From: a virus
Lineage: Duplodnaviria > Caudoviricetes
Virus record (IMG/VR): IMGVR_UViG_3300024182_000006
Location: 1-63,710 of that record
Length of the DNA stretch: 63,710 bases
Strand: one strand, 5' to 3'
Positions within the stretch are counted from its first letter, which is position 1; every line of letters starts with the position of its first letter. A program made the position numbers and the translations under genes. Shown piece after piece: positions 8,588 to 18,125 of this stretch. The notes beneath the pieces are model-generated. The model did no database searches, was not told where the DNA came from, and was given only the letters and a program-made list of their open reading frames with translations.

Positions 8588-9337
8588 CTACTTCTTATTT
8601 GGCTTGCCATGCCTTCGTCTGGGTTGGGGAGCCGTGAGTCGCATGGGGGGCTCCTCCTCCGGCCAGAGCGCATAGTACAGGTCCTCGCAACTCACCCACA
8701 TCGCCTCGGCGATCGCGACGAGCTTGCGCAGATGGGGACGATGACGGTTGGGGCCGAGGAACCGGCACACATCGCTCACCGTGTACCCAGTCGCTTTGGC
8801 GATCTCCGTGCGGCTGACCTCGTCCAGATCCACCGGTCGACGCTGACTGGGCACCAGAGGGGGGCGAGTGGCGATACCCAGCTCCCAGGCCAGCTCGTCG
8901 AGGCTCATCCCACGACCCCGCGCAATCAGCATCGCTTTCTCCGCACTCGGCTCAAACAACCCCTGCAATACGCGGGGGGCGTACGTGGGAGACAGCCCCG
9001 TGGAGCGGGCGAACGCCATCCAGGTGAGGGGGCGGCCGACCGGGCTCGCGGGCACGTTGGTGGTGTAGCCAGTACGGGAGAGGCGTCGGGTCACGATGCG
9101 CCGAGCAGAGGTGCGAGCACGACGGAGCAGGATCTTGCGAGCCGGGGTGAGGGGACCAGCAGCCATCCGCCGCCCGCGTGGTGGACGAGGGGAGTCGTCG
9201 GCGTCGGCGTCGGCGTCAGCAGCATCGGTGATGTCGATGTCGTCAGTGTCCGACTCGTCGGCGGACTCGGCTAACTCGACTGGCTCGGCTAACTCGACGT
9301 CGGACTCGGCGATAAAGGTGTCTGTGGTTGTGGTCAT
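8588..9337 (-). CDS. Tandem two-domain XRE-HTH regulator with acidic N-terminal tail
   Basis: Two HTH units (WMAFARSTGLSPTYAPRVLQGLFEPS; RTEIAKATGYTVSDVCRFL...P). Start ATG 9337 lies just downstream of an extended -10. Confidence 0.7.
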   Translation of the reverse strand: MTTTTDTFIAESDVELAEPVELAESADESDTDDIDITDAADADADADDSPRPPRGRRMAAGPLTPARKILLRRARTSARRIVTRRLSRTGYTTNVPASPVGRPLTWMAFARSTGLSPTYAPRVLQGLFEPSAEKAMLIARGRGMSLDELAWELGIATRPPLVPSQRRPVDLDEVSRTEIAKATGYTVSDVCRFLGPNRHRPHLRKLVAIAEAMWVSCEDLYYALWPEEEPPMRLTAPQPRRRHGKPNKK

Positions 9338-9348
9338 AGTCGTCGTAA

Positions 9349-9365
9349 AGATTAACATACACGTT
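9349..9365 (-). promoter_or_regulatory. AACGTG-N2-TGT-TAATCT promoter
   Basis: Same layout as 6533-6549 and 58092-58108. Confidence 0.5.
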
Positions 9366-9388
9366 GTCCCGAGAGCTCTGGGAGGAGC

Positions 9389-9643
9389 ATGATGGAACTG
9401 ATCAAGAGCGATGTGAGCCCCGTCTCGTCCGTCTCGTCCGTCTCGTCTGCCTCGAAGCACTGCGAGTGCTTGTGTGACTGTCGGGCCCCGTTGCGCATGC
9501 CAGAGGAGACGAGCCGGAAGCTCTGCACCGAATGCCTCTGCGGCTATCACAAGTGCTTGCCAGGATGCGGCTCATCCAAGCACGACTCGATCTGCTGGAA
9601 CGGACCGGGCCACTTCGTCCTGGGGAAGAGGAAGACGGCATGA
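9389..9643 (+). CDS. Cys-rich small protein
   Basis: GGAGGAG RBS; multiple CxxC motifs. Confidence 0.5.
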   Translation: MMELIKSDVSPVSSVSSVSSASKHCECLCDCRAPLRMPEETSRKLCTECLCGYHKCLPGCGSSKHDSICWNGPGHFVLGKRKTA

Positions 9644-9879
9644 TTGATAGCCCGGCAGTGACTGAGAGAAGAAACGTCATCTGCTCTTTCGGAGTGCGGT
9701 GGCGCTGCAAGTGCGGTACTGACAACGACATACCACCTGGAGAAATCCAGGAGATCGTTCATGTAGAGCTTCCAACGTTCTCGTGGAGCTATATCGAGGC
9801 GCAGTGCTCTGAGTGCTCACAGAGGGTCAGGGTGCGAATCAAGGTTAAGCCGTGGGGGGATGGGGAGAAGACAAAATAA
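9640..9879 (+). CDS. Zn-ribbon small protein
   Basis: WRCKCG...CSEC; ATGA coupling. Confidence 0.55.
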   Translation: MIDSPAVTERRNVICSFGVRWRCKCGTDNDIPPGEIQEIVHVELPTFSWSYIEAQCSECSQRVRVRIKVKPWGDGEKTK

Positions 9880-9973
9880 GCAGAGTCGATCCCACGGGGT
9901 GTGCGCAATGCGGGCTCGAGTTCAACACAAATGGCACCCGACATGGGCCACTGAGAACGAGGAAAGAGGCACT

Positions 9974-10240
9974 GTGAAAGAAAACACGACGAAGATTCGC
10001 GTATCCATGCGCATTGAGGGAGTAATCGAAATCCCCACGATCCTGTTCGAGAAAGCCTTTCGTCTGGGCGATCGAGTTCTCGGCGATTCGGACGTACACC
10101 GCTACGTCGGCACCATACTCGAGAGAGATTTCATCAGAGAGGGAGCGGCGGCATACGACGTCGACCAGATCCAGGTGCAATCGCTCACAGTCCGATCGAT
10201 CGAGTCAGAGGAGGAGAGCGATGTACCACGAGCCGAATAA
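9974..10240 (+). CDS. Hypothetical protein
   Basis: GAGG RBS, GTG start. Confidence 0.5.
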   Translation: MKENTTKIRVSMRIEGVIEIPTILFEKAFRLGDRVLGDSDVHRYVGTILERDFIREGAAAYDVDQIQVQSLTVRSIESEEESDVPRAE

Positions 10241-10523
10241 GTGTATGAAAAACTCACCTACCTGCACGGACGAGGTGATCGAGATCGGTGGCGTGATGGT
10301 GTGCCGGCAATGCGTGGCCTCGATGTTCTCGGCGTTTGGGCGCGAGGAGGACAAGGTCGAGATCAGCATTCATATTCAGGTGGTCAAGACTACGGCGGAT
10401 AAGATCACCAATTACAACTACACCCTTAGCGATGCTTCCGATCCTTTCTATAGCCGAGTCCTGAGGGAATTGAACCGTGGCTATTCGCCGCGGGTAGCAG
10501 TGGTAGATCGCCGGGAGAAATGA
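10221..10523 (+). CDS. Hypothetical Zn-binding protein
   Basis: GAGGAG RBS; C...C...CRQC. Confidence 0.55.
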   Translation: MYHEPNKCMKNSPTCTDEVIEIGGVMVCRQCVASMFSAFGREEDKVEISIHIQVVKTTADKITNYNYTLSDASDPFYSRVLRELNRGYSPRVAVVDRREK

Positions 10524-10533
10524 GGAATCACGA

Positions 10534-11214
10534 ATGACTACTCGTCGTAAACCAAAATCAACGCCATCGTCCGTGGTGCTCAACGAAACAGAATTCCGGA
10601 TCGTCTCCCCCCATGGCGAGGGGGGCAAGACTGCCAGCTACCAATTCACCGCGTCCCCCGCATACCGTCGGGTGATCGAGCTCCTCTACTCCGACCCCCG
10701 TGTCCCCTGGCGTTCGGAGGTGGAGGTGCTCCGTGCGCTGATCGACGAGGGCGTCCAGAAATACGGGGCCGCGCTGCACTCGGACGTGGTCACTGGCATG
10801 CTCCACGAGCTGCGTGCGGTGAACAACATGATCGCCGACGCCCGTGCGGCGAACGACTTCATCGCCTCGGTCGAATCGCTCGCAGTGGAGGTTAAGAAGC
10901 TCCAAGACAATGGGCTCGAGCCAATGGCCGTGGGCCTCGTCCACCAATTCCGCCAACGCATCCTGACTCTCGGCAATGCGATCATCCGCGACCGTATCGT
11001 GGGGGAGATCAACGTCCGCTTTGCTGTGCTGCTCGGGAGGAACGGCATGACACACGAGGCCAAACCGCGTCACGAGAGGCCAACCCTCGCCGAGGCAATC
11101 GAGCCGAAGCGGGCATCGGGGCGGTTCAATGCCACCTCCGACAGCCATGATGACGATGACTATCACGCGGACTATCACGCGGATCTCACCGACGTGTTCA
11201 CTGTGGGGGACTGA
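10534..11214 (+). CDS. Hypothetical protein, possibly DNA-binding
   Basis: 226-aa ORF with phage-typical codon usage and GAGG RBS. Confidence 0.75.
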   Translation: MTTRRKPKSTPSSVVLNETEFRIVSPHGEGGKTASYQFTASPAYRRVIELLYSDPRVPWRSEVEVLRALIDEGVQKYGAALHSDVVTGMLHELRAVNNMIADARAANDFIASVESLAVEVKKLQDNGLEPMAVGLVHQFRQRILTLGNAIIRDRIVGEINVRFAVLLGRNGMTHEAKPRHERPTLAEAIEPKRASGRFNATSDSHDDDDYHADYHADLTDVFTVGD

Positions 11215-11359
11215 TGACCTTGTTTGATCTATTGCTCATCGCGGGCGTATGGTCGGCTTGGCGCGTGTGGGTCTGGCGTGACGAGATCGACGTGTCTGTT
11301 GCCCGCCGTGAAGAGTGGCGTCCTGGTAAATGCTTGCGTTGCGGGGAATGGAGATCCTA

Positions 11360-11887
11360 ATGCACACCGACACCAACATGCTGCTTTCCATCGCCGTGGT
11401 TGCTCTGATCTTGGCCTTTGTTTTTCTGCCGGGTTGCTACTCATCCCGACCCTCCTCCACCACTGCCACGACTCCATCTCACCCCCCATCCCCAGCCCCC
11501 GCCACGCTCACTCCGCCCGGCCCACCTCTGTCCAACAGACGCAGACGCCCATCTTCCCCACCTCTCCCTCCGCCGATCGACCCGGAGGGCAAACCGCAAA
11601 TAGTGCGCTGGCCCTACGTGCGCGACCCCGAGCACCAACTCCCCTGGCGTATTTTCGTGCATTGGGAGGATCACCCGCTCGATCACGAATCCATCGTTAC
11701 CGAGGAGTCGGGGGCAGGGGCGGAGATCGAGATTCCCGTCACCATTCCCGGTCGAGCGTCTGACGGCACTCCGTACCTACGTGAGGGGATGCCGCGCAGC
11801 TATTCAGCAGTGCTCTATGAGAATGGGAAGGAGATCAAGCGATGGACCGGAAAAGTGATATCCCGACGAGTGAAGGCGGCAATTTGA
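11360..11887 (+). CDS. Putative lipoprotein with Pro-rich linker
   Basis: Hydrophobic stretch LLSIAVVALILAFVF followed by lipobox-like LPGC. Confidence 0.6.
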   Translation: MHTDTNMLLSIAVVALILAFVFLPGCYSSRPSSTTATTPSHPPSPAPATLTPPGPPLSNRRRRPSSPPLPPPIDPEGKPQIVRWPYVRDPEHQLPWRIFVHWEDHPLDHESIVTEESGAGAEIEIPVTIPGRASDGTPYLREGMPRSYSAVLYENGKEIKRWTGKVISRRVKAAI

Positions 11888-12192
11888 TCGCCAAAACGAT
11901 CGAGACGATCGAGGTCGAGATTGTGGTGGGAGTGCCAATGGCCGACCCGGATCAACTGCTGGCAGTGGCCCGTATTCTGAGCCCGGAGGGGACCGAGCCA
12001 AGGACCGCGCCGATGTGGATTGCTACAGGTAATAACAAGATCTTCGGCAAGTTTCCGACTCTACGTGCCAAATTCGCGCAGCTTGTGGATGAGGCGGTGC
12101 GTACGGTGATGGAGGCTGAGGGAGTGATCTCTGAAGAGGAGTGTGACGGTTATCTGGCATCGCCATTATCACCGTCGAAGGGGAATGCTTGA
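11842..12192 (+). CDS. Hypothetical protein
   Basis: Operon continuity; start probably near 11884. Confidence 0.5.
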   Translation: MDRKSDIPTSEGGNLIAKTIETIEVEIVVGVPMADPDQLLAVARILSPEGTEPRTAPMWIATGNNKIFGKFPTLRAKFAQLVDEAVRTVMEAEGVISEEECDGYLASPLSPSKGNA

Positions 12193-12401
12193 TGCGGCGC
12201 AAGGTCACAGTACGTCTAACAAAAGCGGAGTGGTTTGCGCTGCTCTTGGCAGCGGATAACGGTGCTGGAGCCGGAGACGGGGAAGTGGAATGCGCGATAT
12301 TCGATACAGGGCAGAAAAGGCGCACCTTCCGTAATGCATTCCAAACAGTCAATGATGCGATTGGCGCCCGGTTCTCGTATCGTCCAGAGGACGCCCCGTA
12401 A
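12189..12401 (+). CDS. Hypothetical protein
   Basis: Coupled ORF. Confidence 0.5.
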   Translation: MMRRKVTVRLTKAEWFALLLAADNGAGAGDGEVECAIFDTGQKRRTFRNAFQTVNDAIGARFSYRPEDAP

Positions 12402-12437
12402 CGAACCTAGCTGCTAGAGGATAAGGAGAGCAAGACA

Positions 12438-12734
12438 ATGGGAAGTGACATGTATCTCAATCCGCCGAGCCGCAGTGAAGAAGAGTACTGGAAGAAAGAA
12501 GAGGAGATCAACGAGGCCCACGAGAAGGGGTTCGAGCTCGCCTACGCCGTATGGACTGCCAACGACGACGATTCCGATCCAGTGCTGGAATTTGTCACTG
12601 TGGACGAGCAGGACGCAATCGATTACGTCTCGCAGAACAGGGCAGTGAGCCTGCAAACCCGAGGTGTGGGGCGTAAGCAGGTGTGGTACACCTCGACGAT
12701 GCTCAAACCGCAGAAGAGAGAAGGGCAGCCGTGA
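12438..12734 (+). CDS. Acidic hypothetical protein
   Basis: AAGGAG RBS. Confidence 0.65.
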   Translation: MGSDMYLNPPSRSEEEYWKKEEEINEAHEKGFELAYAVWTANDDDSDPVLEFVTVDEQDAIDYVSQNRAVSLQTRGVGRKQVWYTSTMLKPQKREGQP

Positions 12735-12927
12735 GGCGATACTGCCGAGCCGTCTATGGGGATGAGAAATTGCCCAGCGGCCCTTATCCGCAATCCTCCG
12801 CGGTTCTCTCTGTACTCAGGCAATTCATCATTAACGTCGATGCCATTTGCAGAGAAACAGGGATAGACGTGCGAGCAGCGATGCAGGAGGAGTATTGGCG
12901 GGCGCTAACTGCGAAGGAGACCCGAGA

Positions 12928-14565
12928 ATGATCCCATCTCCTCAATCACTCGGCTTCCCTGACAAATTCGCCTCCTGGCGTGACGAGCAGTCCCACGCCG
13001 TGCGCGAGATGTCCACGGCCGAGTACCGCTTCACCGGCATCAGCGCATCCACCGGCATCGGCAAATCCGGGATGTACATGGCCTACGCCCGGATCACGGG
13101 GGAGCGTGTCCTCATCCTCACCGCGACCAAAGCTCTCCAGGATCAATTGAACGCCGACTTCGACGCGATGGGTATTGTTGATCTCCGCGGCAAAAACAAT
13201 TACCGCTGCCACCGCGCCGAGGAGGAAGGGGTGGGGTACGTGTCCGTCGACAACGGCCCCTGCACCGCCGGCTCCCATTGCGATCTGAAAGCGAATGGGT
13301 GCGTCTACTTCGACCGAGTCCGCGCGGCCATAAAAGCCAGAATCGTCGTGATGAACTATGCCAAGTGGATCGCGATGCCCGACGACGAGCTCGGGGAGCT
13401 GGGCAAGTTCGACACTCTCATCTGCGACGAGGCGCACGACGCTGAGCGCAAGGTGACCGAGGCATTGGAAATTGTCTTGAGGAAGAAGGCTGTGGTGGAG
13501 GCGTTTCTCCCCGCGGGGCACTGGCCAGGAGCCAAAGCGTCGATCGTCGACTGGCGCGGATGGGCACGAGATCATCGCAAGACAGCGGAGAGAGCTGTGA
13601 AAGACGCTGAGGGGCAGGTGGCTCTTGAATCCCACGAGGGCACATCCTCCGGCCAGGGGGCCAGGCGTCGTGCGCTCGAGCGGTTGAAACTCACCCGCGA
13701 GGCCCACTACGCCATCCGCGACCTCTGCCAGATCCACCCGGAGCAGTGGGCGATCGACCGGAATGAGTCCTCCACCGAGATCACCTTTGATCCTGTCTGG
13801 CCAGCCCGCTACACCGAGCAGTATCTGTTCCGCCGTATTTCTCGCATCTTCCTCTTCTCGGCCACACTCACCAAGAAGGATCTCGACGTGCTCGGCGCGC
13901 CCCGGGACCAGCGCTCGCTCCACGTCTACCGTTCCCCATTCGTTGTTCACCGTCGTCGCATTATCCAAGTCAACGCGATTCGTCTCAACGCCAAAGCCGA
14001 GCAGGACGAGGAGAAGCTCGCCAAGTGGATGGCGACAATCGATCGTCTGCTCGACTCGCGTCAGGACGGGCGCAACATCATCATCCACGCGGTAAGCTAC
14101 CGCCGCGCCTCCTACATCATTCATCACTCCCGCCACAGAGCTCGAATGATGACTCACACCTCCGCTCCTGGGGCCGTCGCCGATGCTGTGGAGCGCTTCA
14201 AGCTCTCCCACGGCGCAATTCTCGTGAGCCCGTCCGTCTCCACCGGCTACGACTTTCCCTTCGCCGCAGCCGAGACATGCATCATCGCCAAGCTCCCCTT
14301 CCCCGACACCCGATCCCCGTTGATGCAAGCCCGTATCAGCCAAGACCGCGAGTACCCCGCCTATCTCACTGCCAAGGAGCTCGTGCAGATGGCGGGGCGT
14401 GTCATGCGAGCCATGAACGATCGAGGCGAGACTCTGATCGTGGATGACTCGATCATCTGGTTCCTCATGAGCCACCGGCATCTCTTCCCACGCTCGTGGC
14501 TCGAGGCCTACAGTCGCAACCCTAACCCCGCACCACCGCCACGCCTGGATCTCGTACGAACTTGA
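12928..14565 (+). CDS. DinG/Rad3/XPD-like SF2 DNA helicase
   Basis: Q motif (WRDEQ), Walker A STGIGKS, TKALQDQ, LRGKNNYRC with Fe-S-type cysteines, DEAH, SAT, GYDF, K.PFP, QMAGRVMR...DRG. Confidence 0.9.
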   Translation: MIPSPQSLGFPDKFASWRDEQSHAVREMSTAEYRFTGISASTGIGKSGMYMAYARITGERVLILTATKALQDQLNADFDAMGIVDLRGKNNYRCHRAEEEGVGYVSVDNGPCTAGSHCDLKANGCVYFDRVRAAIKARIVVMNYAKWIAMPDDELGELGKFDTLICDEAHDAERKVTEALEIVLRKKAVVEAFLPAGHWPGAKASIVDWRGWARDHRKTAERAVKDAEGQVALESHEGTSSGQGARRRALERLKLTREAHYAIRDLCQIHPEQWAIDRNESSTEITFDPVWPARYTEQYLFRRISRIFLFSATLTKKDLDVLGAPRDQRSLHVYRSPFVVHRRRIIQVNAIRLNAKAEQDEEKLAKWMATIDRLLDSRQDGRNIIIHAVSYRRASYIIHHSRHRARMMTHTSAPGAVADAVERFKLSHGAILVSPSVSTGYDFPFAAAETCIIAKLPFPDTRSPLMQARISQDREYPAYLTAKELVQMAGRVMRAMNDRGETLIVDDSIIWFLMSHRHLFPRSWLEAYSRNPNPAPPPRLDLVRT

Positions 14566-14593
14566 TTCAATAGGAGGTGATTTCTTCCCATAG

Positions 14594-14622
14594 TTGACAC
14601 AGCCGTGCTTTTCTCTTAACAT
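14594..14622 (+). promoter_or_regulatory. Sigma70 promoter
   Basis: TTGACA-N17-TAACAT in intergenic DNA upstream of 14681. Confidence 0.65.
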
Positions 14623-14680
14623 TGACGTTCTCATTCAAATCAACCTTTACCCCTAACGCACAATTTCAGAAAGGCAATAC

Positions 14681-15541
14681 ATGCGCGAATCAGTAGCAGG
14701 AGCAGTGATCGATTTCCTGAACCCGGACACCGCAGTGTCGGGAGGTCTGGCAAATCGTTTCGAGGGAGATGTGCTCTCGGTGCGGTACGAGTCGTGGGAC
14801 TTCAACGGGAAGGCGCGGGCGACCAACGGCAAGAGTGGAGTGAAGATGGCACTCCGCGTCGTCATCGGCAACCACAACGCTGATGGGGTCAAGGACTCTG
14901 AGATCGACAACTGGTTGCCGCTCGGAGCGATCGAGGACTTCGTCCCGAGTGACGATGGCCTCTCCTTCACCCCAGTGAGCGGCAAGACGGGGTTCGACAA
15001 GGACGGGGAGGGGATGCAATACATCGAAGCGCTCCTCCAGCTCGGCGCGGTGAGCAAGACGGATCTCCGCATCGATCCGCGGGTTCTCGGCGAAGGGGAC
15101 CGGTTCTTCTGGGAGCGTATCCCACCGAAATACGCAGCGCGTATCCAGGATCCGGAGAAGGCAAAGAAGGCGTCGGTGCTCATGCCGGTCAAGCTCACGA
15201 AGAAGGGGGCTGCCGGCTCTGCCCCCAGTAAAAGTAGGGGTGGCCCGGCCCCTACACCAGCATCTGCCGCAGCTCCCGTTGCTGATGGGGTGGAGCTGGA
15301 CGAAGCTGCGGTGAACGTGGGCACTGAGGCGATCACCGCCGCGGGCAAGCCGCTCACACGGAACGAATTCTCCTCGGAAGTGTTCCGTCTCATGTCTACG
15401 GCGTACAAGGCGGATTACAGCCCCTCGCAGCGTAAGAAGATCATCGCCAAGTTCGACGATGAGGCGTGGGTTGAAGAGAACGCCGGTCGGGGCACGTGGC
15501 TCTATGATGCAGATAAGGGCTCTGTGAGCCCCTCGGAGTAA
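14681..15541 (+). CDS. Putative ssDNA-binding/replication protein with C-terminal helical domain
   Basis: Beta-rich N-domain, Ala/Pro linker and position within the replication block; function inferred from context only. Confidence 0.5.
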   Translation: MRESVAGAVIDFLNPDTAVSGGLANRFEGDVLSVRYESWDFNGKARATNGKSGVKMALRVVIGNHNADGVKDSEIDNWLPLGAIEDFVPSDDGLSFTPVSGKTGFDKDGEGMQYIEALLQLGAVSKTDLRIDPRVLGEGDRFFWERIPPKYAARIQDPEKAKKASVLMPVKLTKKGAAGSAPSKSRGGPAPTPASAAAPVADGVELDEAAVNVGTEAITAAGKPLTRNEFSSEVFRLMSTAYKADYSPSQRKKIIAKFDDEAWVEENAGRGTWLYDADKGSVSPSE

Positions 15542-15551
15542 GATCGTTGAT

Positions 15552-15703
15552 GGGGATGGATGGGAGGGTACTGCCTACCCTTCCCATCCTTCCTCTGTTG
15601 AAAGAGAGCGGGCATTGGGTGTCGGCCTGGGCGCAATGTCGGCCGCAGGTGGTGCAATGTCGGCCATGAGTGACATACCACCCCGCTCTCTTTGAGCAGA
15701 GGA
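15552..15703 (+). ncRNA. Candidate structured RNA / regulatory leader
   Basis: Hairpin 15557-15588, then a 22-bp stem (15591-15612 with 15682-15703) enclosing three TGTCGGCC repeats. Confidence 0.4.
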
Positions 15704-15711
15704 GATCTTGA

Positions 15712-16278
15712 TTGAATAACAACCCAACAGCCGACGCCGTAGCGCAGATCCGATGCTGCGGAGTCTCCGTAGATCTCATCACCGAAGGTAAGGAGATCAT
15801 CGTCGATCTCGGTGGCGCGAGCCTGGCCAACGCCTTCTGCTCGAAGTGTGGGACCGAGTACAAGCTCGGGGTGATGGTCACCACGCGCGAGGCCGCGGCA
15901 TCCGTAGCCAAAGCCGGTAAGGCTGTGCGCGAGTCCAACGTGGCTGCGATCAAAGAGATCGCGGGCGACGACACCGACGAGATCATGCGTGAGATGGAAG
16001 AGGATCAGCTCAGCGGTGATGATGGATTGGATATTCACACCGCTGGCGGCTCCGACAGTATGGACATCCTCATGTGCGCTCTGTGCGACCGCGACGTGCG
16101 CCCCAACGCATTGTGCAGAGGCTGTAAAGAGTACATCTGCCAGAACTGTAGGAAGTATCCGATCACCCGCTCCCCGCATCCTACCTCGATGCACGACACC
16201 AAGCCCCAACCTCGTGTAACCAGTGCCGCTGTAATAGCCGACGAGGACGACTTCTCCGCTGAGGATGATCTCTTATGA
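15712..16278 (+). CDS. Multi-zinc-finger acidic protein
   Basis: CC...CSKC; CALC..CRGC..CQNC...H. Confidence 0.65.
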   Translation: MNNNPTADAVAQIRCCGVSVDLITEGKEIIVDLGGASLANAFCSKCGTEYKLGVMVTTREAAASVAKAGKAVRESNVAAIKEIAGDDTDEIMREMEEDQLSGDDGLDIHTAGGSDSMDILMCALCDRDVRPNALCRGCKEYICQNCRKYPITRSPHPTSMHDTKPQPRVTSAAVIADEDDFSAEDDLL

Positions 16279-16418
16279 ACTTCTGGACATTGATTGATCA
16301 CCACTACTGGTCCATCTTTACTCTAGCCATTCTCTGGCTCATCGTCATCGTCGCGATGTTCGAGGAGTGGATGACGTTCCACTACGGCTCGCGCGGTAGT
16401 CGTAGGGGTCAGCGCTAA
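16275..16418 (+). CDS. 47-aa single-TM protein (below the ORF-track cutoff)
   Basis: MNFWTLIDHHYWSIFTLAILWLIVIVAMFEEW...; overlaps both neighbours by ATGA/TAATG. Confidence 0.55.
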   Translation: MNFWTLIDHHYWSIFTLAILWLIVIVAMFEEWMTFHYGSRGSRRGQR

Positions 16419-17125
16419 TGCCGCTGTTCAAAGAGATTCCTACCGAGGTGACGAGTGCCTATTTCGCGCTCGACTTCGGTGCTGTGCGCTCGCCTGGGGC
16501 GCATTGCAAACACATCATCAACGACTACATCAAAACGCACGGGCTTGGGCGCGCAAAAGATAATCCGGACTTCGCTGCATCTCTCGACTTATTCGCTCTG
16601 TTGGGGTTTGCGTGGGAGCGGGTCGGCCAACTCATCCAAGAGGACAGCCCTGAGCTGCAATCCGTCCTCTCAGGCCTCGGGCTCCCGTCAGCAGGCGACG
16701 CGGCCAGTGTGCTTGTGTGGGAGGAGGCATTCTCCTGGTCTATGAACAGAGCGCACCGTGAGCGTAACCCAGATGTGTTCCAGCCAGGCGAGATTATCGT
16801 AGACGGGATTGCGTGTACCCCTGACGGCGCGAACAAGCGGCTACGCTGCGGCGAGGAGTACAAGGCCACATGGGTGAGCTCCAATGCGTCGCTCGAAGAG
16901 GCGCGCCCCGATTGGCTGATGCAACTCCCCGCGTACGCCTACGCGTACGGGTGGGACGAGTACCTGCTCCACGTGTTCTATGTGAATGGTGGGTATGAAT
17001 ACACGCGGATGGGCAAGCCAGTGATGAAGAGCTTCCGGTTCCGGTGGAGCGATGAGGAGAAAGAAGAGAATTGGCGGGAGATTCAGCTACACCGGCGAGT
17101 GATGGAGCGGGAGGGACGGCTGTAA
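16418..17125 (+). CDS. PD-(D/E)XK (Cas4/RecB-like) exonuclease
   Basis: G..WE motif I, CTPDG, EEYKAT, WLMQLPAY. Confidence 0.8.
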   Translation: MPLFKEIPTEVTSAYFALDFGAVRSPGAHCKHIINDYIKTHGLGRAKDNPDFAASLDLFALLGFAWERVGQLIQEDSPELQSVLSGLGLPSAGDAASVLVWEEAFSWSMNRAHRERNPDVFQPGEIIVDGIACTPDGANKRLRCGEEYKATWVSSNASLEEARPDWLMQLPAYAYAYGWDEYLLHVFYVNGGYEYTRMGKPVMKSFRFRWSDEEKEENWREIQLHRRVMEREGRL

Positions 17126-17412
17126 TGGAAGAAGAGAAGAAGTTTCAGTTCGGATGGACCAAGCCGAAGCTCAAGCCATTCTGCGAGATCATGCGCATGC
17201 TGCGTGACAAACGCGATTGGAGCCTGCGCGACTTACGCAAGCGAGTGCCTATCGATCTAGGCCGCCTTTCTGATCTCGATCTTGGCAAAGCGGAGCCCAC
17301 TCGTGATGAGGTGTTCTCTCTTGCCGAGATCCTTTGCAGCACGGCGAATGAAGCAGCCAATCTCATTGCGATGTGGGACGAGGAGCACGGATATGGCGAG
17401 GGGGCTCAGTGA
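17125..17412 (+). CDS. XRE-family HTH protein
   Basis: MRMLRDKRDWSLRDL...IDLGRLSDLDLGKAEP. Confidence 0.75.
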   Translation: MEEEKKFQFGWTKPKLKPFCEIMRMLRDKRDWSLRDLRKRVPIDLGRLSDLDLGKAEPTRDEVFSLAEILCSTANEAANLIAMWDEEHGYGEGAQ

Positions 17413-17897
17413 AGCCAGAATGGATTGAGGAGTACAAGAGGATCGCTGAGGCGGCAGGCAATGCGCGGCGCGGAAAAACTCGCGTACATGATGAGTTGGT
17501 CAAGCAAGCGAGCGAGCAGCAGGCCACGTTCCCCACAATGGAGCGTTACATCGGCTACGAATCTCTCATCCAGACGGGACGCGCTGTAAAGCTCCGTCGC
17601 GAGCGCCAGCACTGTAAGCGCGGGCAGTGCCCATGCTCCAAAGAGCAGCACTACTGGGTCGACGTCCACTTCGCCGGGGACCAGGAGCCCGACGGCTCCT
17701 CGCGCAAGTCATCGGTCGGCTTCGACAATCGTCGTTCAGCCGAGCGCGCCTCGGCCAATCTCCTTCTCGTATTGCGCCAGCTCGAGCACGAAGGGAAGCT
17801 CAACACCGATGCTGGCTACAACAGGGTTTTGGAGAACTGGATCGAAGTGGCCAAAGGGAAGATGCTTGCCGAGTTCCGCGAGAAGGAGAGCAAGTGA
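17409..17897 (+). CDS. Hypothetical protein with integrase arm-binding-like segment
   Basis: HCKRGQCPC...YWVDVHF...RKSSVGFDNRRSAERA; no catalytic tyrosine-recombinase domain. Confidence 0.45.
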   Translation: MKPEWIEEYKRIAEAAGNARRGKTRVHDELVKQASEQQATFPTMERYIGYESLIQTGRAVKLRRERQHCKRGQCPCSKEQHYWVDVHFAGDQEPDGSSRKSSVGFDNRRSAERASANLLLVLRQLEHEGKLNTDAGYNRVLENWIEVAKGKMLAEFREKESK

Positions 17898-18125
17898 GCC
17901 CACAAATGGAGATGGAGCGCTGTTATCTATGCGGTAATCCATTTCCTTGGCGGGCCGATATCCCTTCATGCTTAGAGTGCGGCCGCCCGATGATCACACC
18001 GAGCAATCTATGCGCCTGCCCTAAATGTGATCCGAATCTATCTGGTTTGTACGTCTGCGGCTGTTGTCAACAACATATCTGCTCCTTATGTGAGCACCTT
18101 TGTTAAGAGAAGAAGGAGAGACTGA

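Noticed and set aside
8174-9274. 366-aa + strand ORF with an internal hydrophobic stretch
   Set aside because: It overlaps two better-supported HTH genes, and its composition is typical of a shadow frame.
12946-14634. 562-aa antisense ORF over the helicase
   Set aside because: Mirror-frame ORF expected from high-GC codon bias; no motifs, and the + strand has a full helicase motif set.
15620-15665. TGTCGGCC repeats as a mini-CRISPR array
   Set aside because: Repeats of 8-12 bp with 9-13 bp gaps are far too short; no cas operon is present.
16418-17125. Cas4 as evidence of a CRISPR system
   Set aside because: It is a generic PD-(D/E)XK exonuclease in a recombination block, without the four-Cys Fe-S pattern and with no array nearby.
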